Below, piece after piece: positions 60,759 through 64,000 of a stretch of 64,000 nt of DNA. Both the position numbers and the translations under genes were made by a program. The notes below the pieces were generated by a model. The model was not told where the DNA came from, ran no database searches, and saw only the letters and a program-made list of their open reading frames with translations. The DNA comes from an uncultured bacterium (GTDB lineage Bacteria > Babelota > Babeliae > Babelales > Babelaceae), in assembly GCA_963722385.1 (NCBI GenBank), contig CAVRKK010000002.1, positions 512,001 through 576,000 on the forward strand, read 5' to 3'. Each line of letters starts with the position of its first letter. Position 1 is the stretch's first letter.

Positions 60759-63332
60759 TCATGAGGTTCTGCAAGCCTCCTCTTTTCGCTTCTCGGGCTC
60801 TTTTTCTTTAGCTTCTCTTTTCTCAGCTGCCTTAGAGAGCCAATCAACAATATTCTGCTTATTATTTTGAGCAGCTAAATCAATAGGTCTTTTACCAAAT
60901 CTACCTACAGCGTTGATATCAGCGCCATGCTCAACAAGCCATTGAACTACTTCTAAATGTCCATCATAAGCAGCCCTATGGAGAGGCTGCATGCCATCAT
61001 TATCTTGGGCATTGATAGCAGCGCCATGCTCAACAAGCCATTGAACTACTTCTAAATGTCCATCATAAGCAGCCCTATGGAGAGGCTGCATGCCAACATT
61101 ATCTTGGACATTGACAGAAGCGCCCTGTTCAACAAGCCATTGAACTACTTCTATATGCCCGTTATAAGCAGCACCATGGAGAGGTTGCCTGCCAACATTA
61201 TCTTGAGCATTGACAGAAGCGCCCTGTTTAACAAGCCATTGAACTACTTTTAAATGCCCCTTAAAAGCAGCACGATGGAGAGGCTGATTGCCAAAAATAT
61301 CTTGGTCATTGATGGAAGCGTCGTGTTCAACAAGCCATTTGACTACTTCTAAATGCTCCATATAAGCAGCCCAATGGACCGGCTGCATGCCAACATCATC
61401 TTGGGCATTGATAGGAGCACCATGCTCAACAAGCCATTTAACTACTTCTAAATGCCCCTTATAAGCAGCCCAATGGACCGGCTGAAAGCCAACATTATCT
61501 TGGGCATTGACAGAAGCGCCTTGATTAATTAAACTCTCTATTTCAGATAAATGACCAGCTTCAGCAGCGCTCAATAACCTCTCGTTAAGCTCTTGTTGAG
61601 TAAGCTGATTTGGATGATTTTTCTTTTCTTTCTCTTTTTGCTTCTCAGGCTCTTTTTCTTTGCTCTTTCCTTTATCGGCAGCCTTAGAGAGCCAATCAAC
61701 AATATTCTGTTTATTATTTTCAGCAGCTACATCAATAGGTCTTTTACCATCTCTATTTACAGCATTAATATTAGCATCATGCTCCACTAACCATTTGACC
61801 ACTTCTAAATGCCCATTGAGAGCAGCTGAATGGAGAGGAAGCCTGCCAGAATTATCTTGGGCATTGATATCAGCGTCATGCTCAACAAGCCATTTTACTA
61901 CTTCTAAACGCCCTCTTCCGGCAGCGTAATGGAGAGGAAGCTTGCCAGAATTATCTTGGGCATTGATACTAGCGTTATGCTCAACAAGCCATTTTACTAC
62001 TTCTAAATGCCCATTAAAAACAGACCAATGAAGAGGTTGTCTGCCATCATTATCTTGAGCATTGATGGAAGCTTCATGTTCAACAAGATATTTAACTACT
62101 TCTAAATGCCCAAATTGAGCAGCGAGGCGTAGAGGCTGCCAGCCTCGATTATCTTGGGCATTAACATGAGCGCCTTGATTAATTAAACTCTCTATCTCAG
62201 ATAAATGACCAGCTGCAGCAGCATTGCGTAACCTATTATTAAGTTCTTCCTGAGTAGGCTGATTAGAAGATTCCTCTCTTTCCTTTTCTTTTTGCTTCTC
62301 TACCTCATTTTCCGAAATCAGTGACGAACAAACATTATTCTCAGAAAAGAAATGCTGACTTGTTTCTTTCTCAACCTTTTGCTTTTGATCTTCTTGATCA
62401 TTACGATTGGCTCCCTGCCTAATGAGCCATTCAACTTGAGCATGCCCTCTAAGAGCCGCTATACGTACCGGCCTGTTACCATCTCTGTCTCTTGCATTTA
62501 TGTCTGCGCCATGCATAAGAAGCCATTCAAGAGTCGGTATCAAACCTTGATTTACTACATGATGTACAGGCTGATTACCAACAGCATCTCGGAAATTTAC
62601 GTTGGCTCCTTCCGCATAAAATATTTGCGCTTCTTCAAGATCACCACGTAAAAGGGCATTAAGAAGCCTTTGATTGCATTCTTCACTAGAAAGCTTGCCC
62701 ACGCCTGCTTCTCTTTTTATCTGCTTATCAGCGTTTTCTGCTCTTTCATTCTTCTTTGCCGGACTCAACAATAGCAACTGATCACTTATCGATAAAGCGC
62801 TCAGTTGCCCATACAAGTTTCTAGATCGATCTCCACTTGATGAATCATTCACCATGGCAAAAGACATTTCTACTGAATTACCTGGAGAATCAACAAATAA
62901 AGCCAATATATTTTCAGCATCGTAAATAGGCAATATTCCATTATTGTCAGCCAAATCTGGTTGAGCTCCTGCTGCTACGAGATCAAGAATAATTTCTTCA
63001 TATCCAGCTCGGGCCGCTATATGCAACGGTCGCTCCCCCTGGCTATCTTTTATTGGCGCATTCACACCTGCACCATATTCGATAAGAAGCTTTATTATTT
63101 CCCTCTTGCCGCTCTTTATAGCATAATGGATTGGTTGCCAGCCAGCACTATCACATACACTTAAATTAAGCCTATCAGTCAGTTTTTTATAACTCAGAAA
63201 GGTGTTTAAACTTTTCGCATCACCCTTTTCTACATACTCAAAAAGCTTATTCTTTCTCGGTCCTTCCATTCCATAAGCAGGCATAATCAAGAAACAGCCT
63301 ATTAATACTATCAGTTTCACATACTTAATCAT
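60759..63332 (-). CDS. large secreted multi-module ankyrin-repeat protein
   Basis: signal ending 'YGME'; near-consensus 33-aa repeats 'G.QPLH.AA..GHLEVVKWLVEHGA.INAQDN'; KE linkers. Confidence 0.93.
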   Translation of the reverse strand: MIKYVKLIVLIGCFLIMPAYGMEGPRKNKLFEYVEKGDAKSLNTFLSYKKLTDRLNLSVCDSAGWQPIHYAIKSGKREIIKLLIEYGAGVNAPIKDSQGERPLHIAARAGYEEIILDLVAAGAQPDLADNNGILPIYDAENILALFVDSPGNSVEMSFAMVNDSSSGDRSRNLYGQLSALSISDQLLLLSPAKKNERAENADKQIKREAGVGKLSSEECNQRLLNALLRGDLEEAQIFYAEGANVNFRDAVGNQPVHHVVNQGLIPTLEWLLMHGADINARDRDGNRPVRIAALRGHAQVEWLIRQGANRNDQEDQKQKVEKETSQHFFSENNVCSSLISENEVEKQKEKEREESSNQPTQEELNNRLRNAAAAGHLSEIESLINQGAHVNAQDNRGWQPLRLAAQFGHLEVVKYLVEHEASINAQDNDGRQPLHWSVFNGHLEVVKWLVEHNASINAQDNSGKLPLHYAAGRGRLEVVKWLVEHDADINAQDNSGRLPLHSAALNGHLEVVKWLVEHDANINAVNRDGKRPIDVAAENNKQNIVDWLSKAADKGKSKEKEPEKQKEKEKKNHPNQLTQQELNERLLSAAEAGHLSEIESLINQGASVNAQDNVGFQPVHWAAYKGHLEVVKWLVEHGAPINAQDDVGMQPVHWAAYMEHLEVVKWLVEHDASINDQDIFGNQPLHRAAFKGHLKVVQWLVKQGASVNAQDNVGRQPLHGAAYNGHIEVVQWLVEQGASVNVQDNVGMQPLHRAAYDGHLEVVQWLVEHGAAINAQDNDGMQPLHRAAYDGHLEVVQWLVEHGADINAVGRFGKRPIDLAAQNNKQNIVDWLSKAAEKREAKEKEPEKRKEEACRTS

Positions 63333-63552
63333 TATTCTATCTCCCTTACATGTTACAGCTGTTTGTGCAATTCATGCGCGATCCAATATCACACCAACGA
63401 TCAAATAATAGCCTTCGCTTTACCTTCAGATTTGACCAGCCCCATATCTTTAAGTTTAGATAATTCTAGCTGAGCTGTTCTTTTTGCCAATTTTGTTTTC
63501 ATTTGTCGAGCAGTCAATTTACGAAGACCGATCTTTTGCGGTTTCTCAAAAA

Positions 63553-64000
63553 TTATAATCTCTTTCCTTTCTCAGCTGCCTTAGAGAGCCAATCAACAAT
63601 ATTCTGCTTATTATTTGCAACAGCTGCATCAATAGGTCTTAGACCACCTCTATTTACAGCATTGATATCAGCGCCATGCTCCACTAGCCATTTGAATACT
63701 TTTAAATGCCCATCAAGAGCAGCATAATGGAGAGGCTGACTGCCATTATTAGTTTGGGCATTGATGGAAGCACCATGTTCAACAAGATATTTGACTACTT
63801 CTAAATGCCCATACCGAGCAACCCAATGGAGCGGTTGCAAGCCATCATTATCTTGGACATTGATAGGAGCACCATGTTCAACAAGATATTTGACTACTAC
63901 TAAATGCCCTCTCCAAGCAGCATGATGGAGCGGTTGCAAGCCATCATTAATTTGGGCATTGATGACAGCACCATGTTCAACAAGCCATCTGACTACTTCT
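63553..64000 (-). CDS. ankyrin-repeat protein, 3' end only (continues beyond window)
   Basis: same repeat framework and C-cap 'NNKQNIVDWLSKAA' as the 60759 protein. Confidence 0.9.
   Translation of the reverse strand, partial: EVVRWLVEHGAVINAQINDGLQPLHHAAWRGHLVVVKYLVEHGAPINVQDNDGLQPLHWVARYGHLEVVKYLVEHGASINAQTNNGSQPLHYAALDGHLKVFKWLVEHGADINAVNRGGLRPIDAAVANNKQNIVDWLSKAAEKGKRL

Noticed and set aside
60759..64000. 99-bp repeats as a CRISPR array
   Set aside because: They encode 33-aa ankyrin repeats.

Overview
Bacterial chromosome segment, most consistent with an intracellular protist parasite of Candidatus Dependentiae/Babelota (TM6). This assignment is inferred from gene content and protein style, not from a database search. 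A housekeeping backbone (tsaD, rho, secF, rpmA, rlmB, polA, priA, orn, uvrC, clpB, ftsQ-ftsA-ftsZ, HIT-alaS, acpS, comM/yifB, tRNA-fMet) is interleaved with many signal-peptide-bearing accessory genes. These include three beta-propeller repeat loci, ankyrin proteins, a sulfotransferase-glycosyltransferase-sulfotransferase cassette, other exported glycosyltransferases and small Cys-rich lectin-like proteins. There are also two intact toxin-antitoxin pairs (MNT-HEPN, VapBC), an IS200 element and several gene fossils (murC, HigB/MazF, AAA ATPase, FAD oxidase). The most unusual items are: a ~375-nt non-coding, multi-hairpin element with paired ends at 46164-46537; the exported PAPS/nucleotide-sugar-dependent enzymes; DARPin-like diversified ankyrin arrays; a membrane-anchored TrxR-Trx fusion with a degenerate NADPH site; and short repeats or hairpins flanking accessory genes. 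No CRISPR array, rRNA, reverse transcriptase or integrase was seen.
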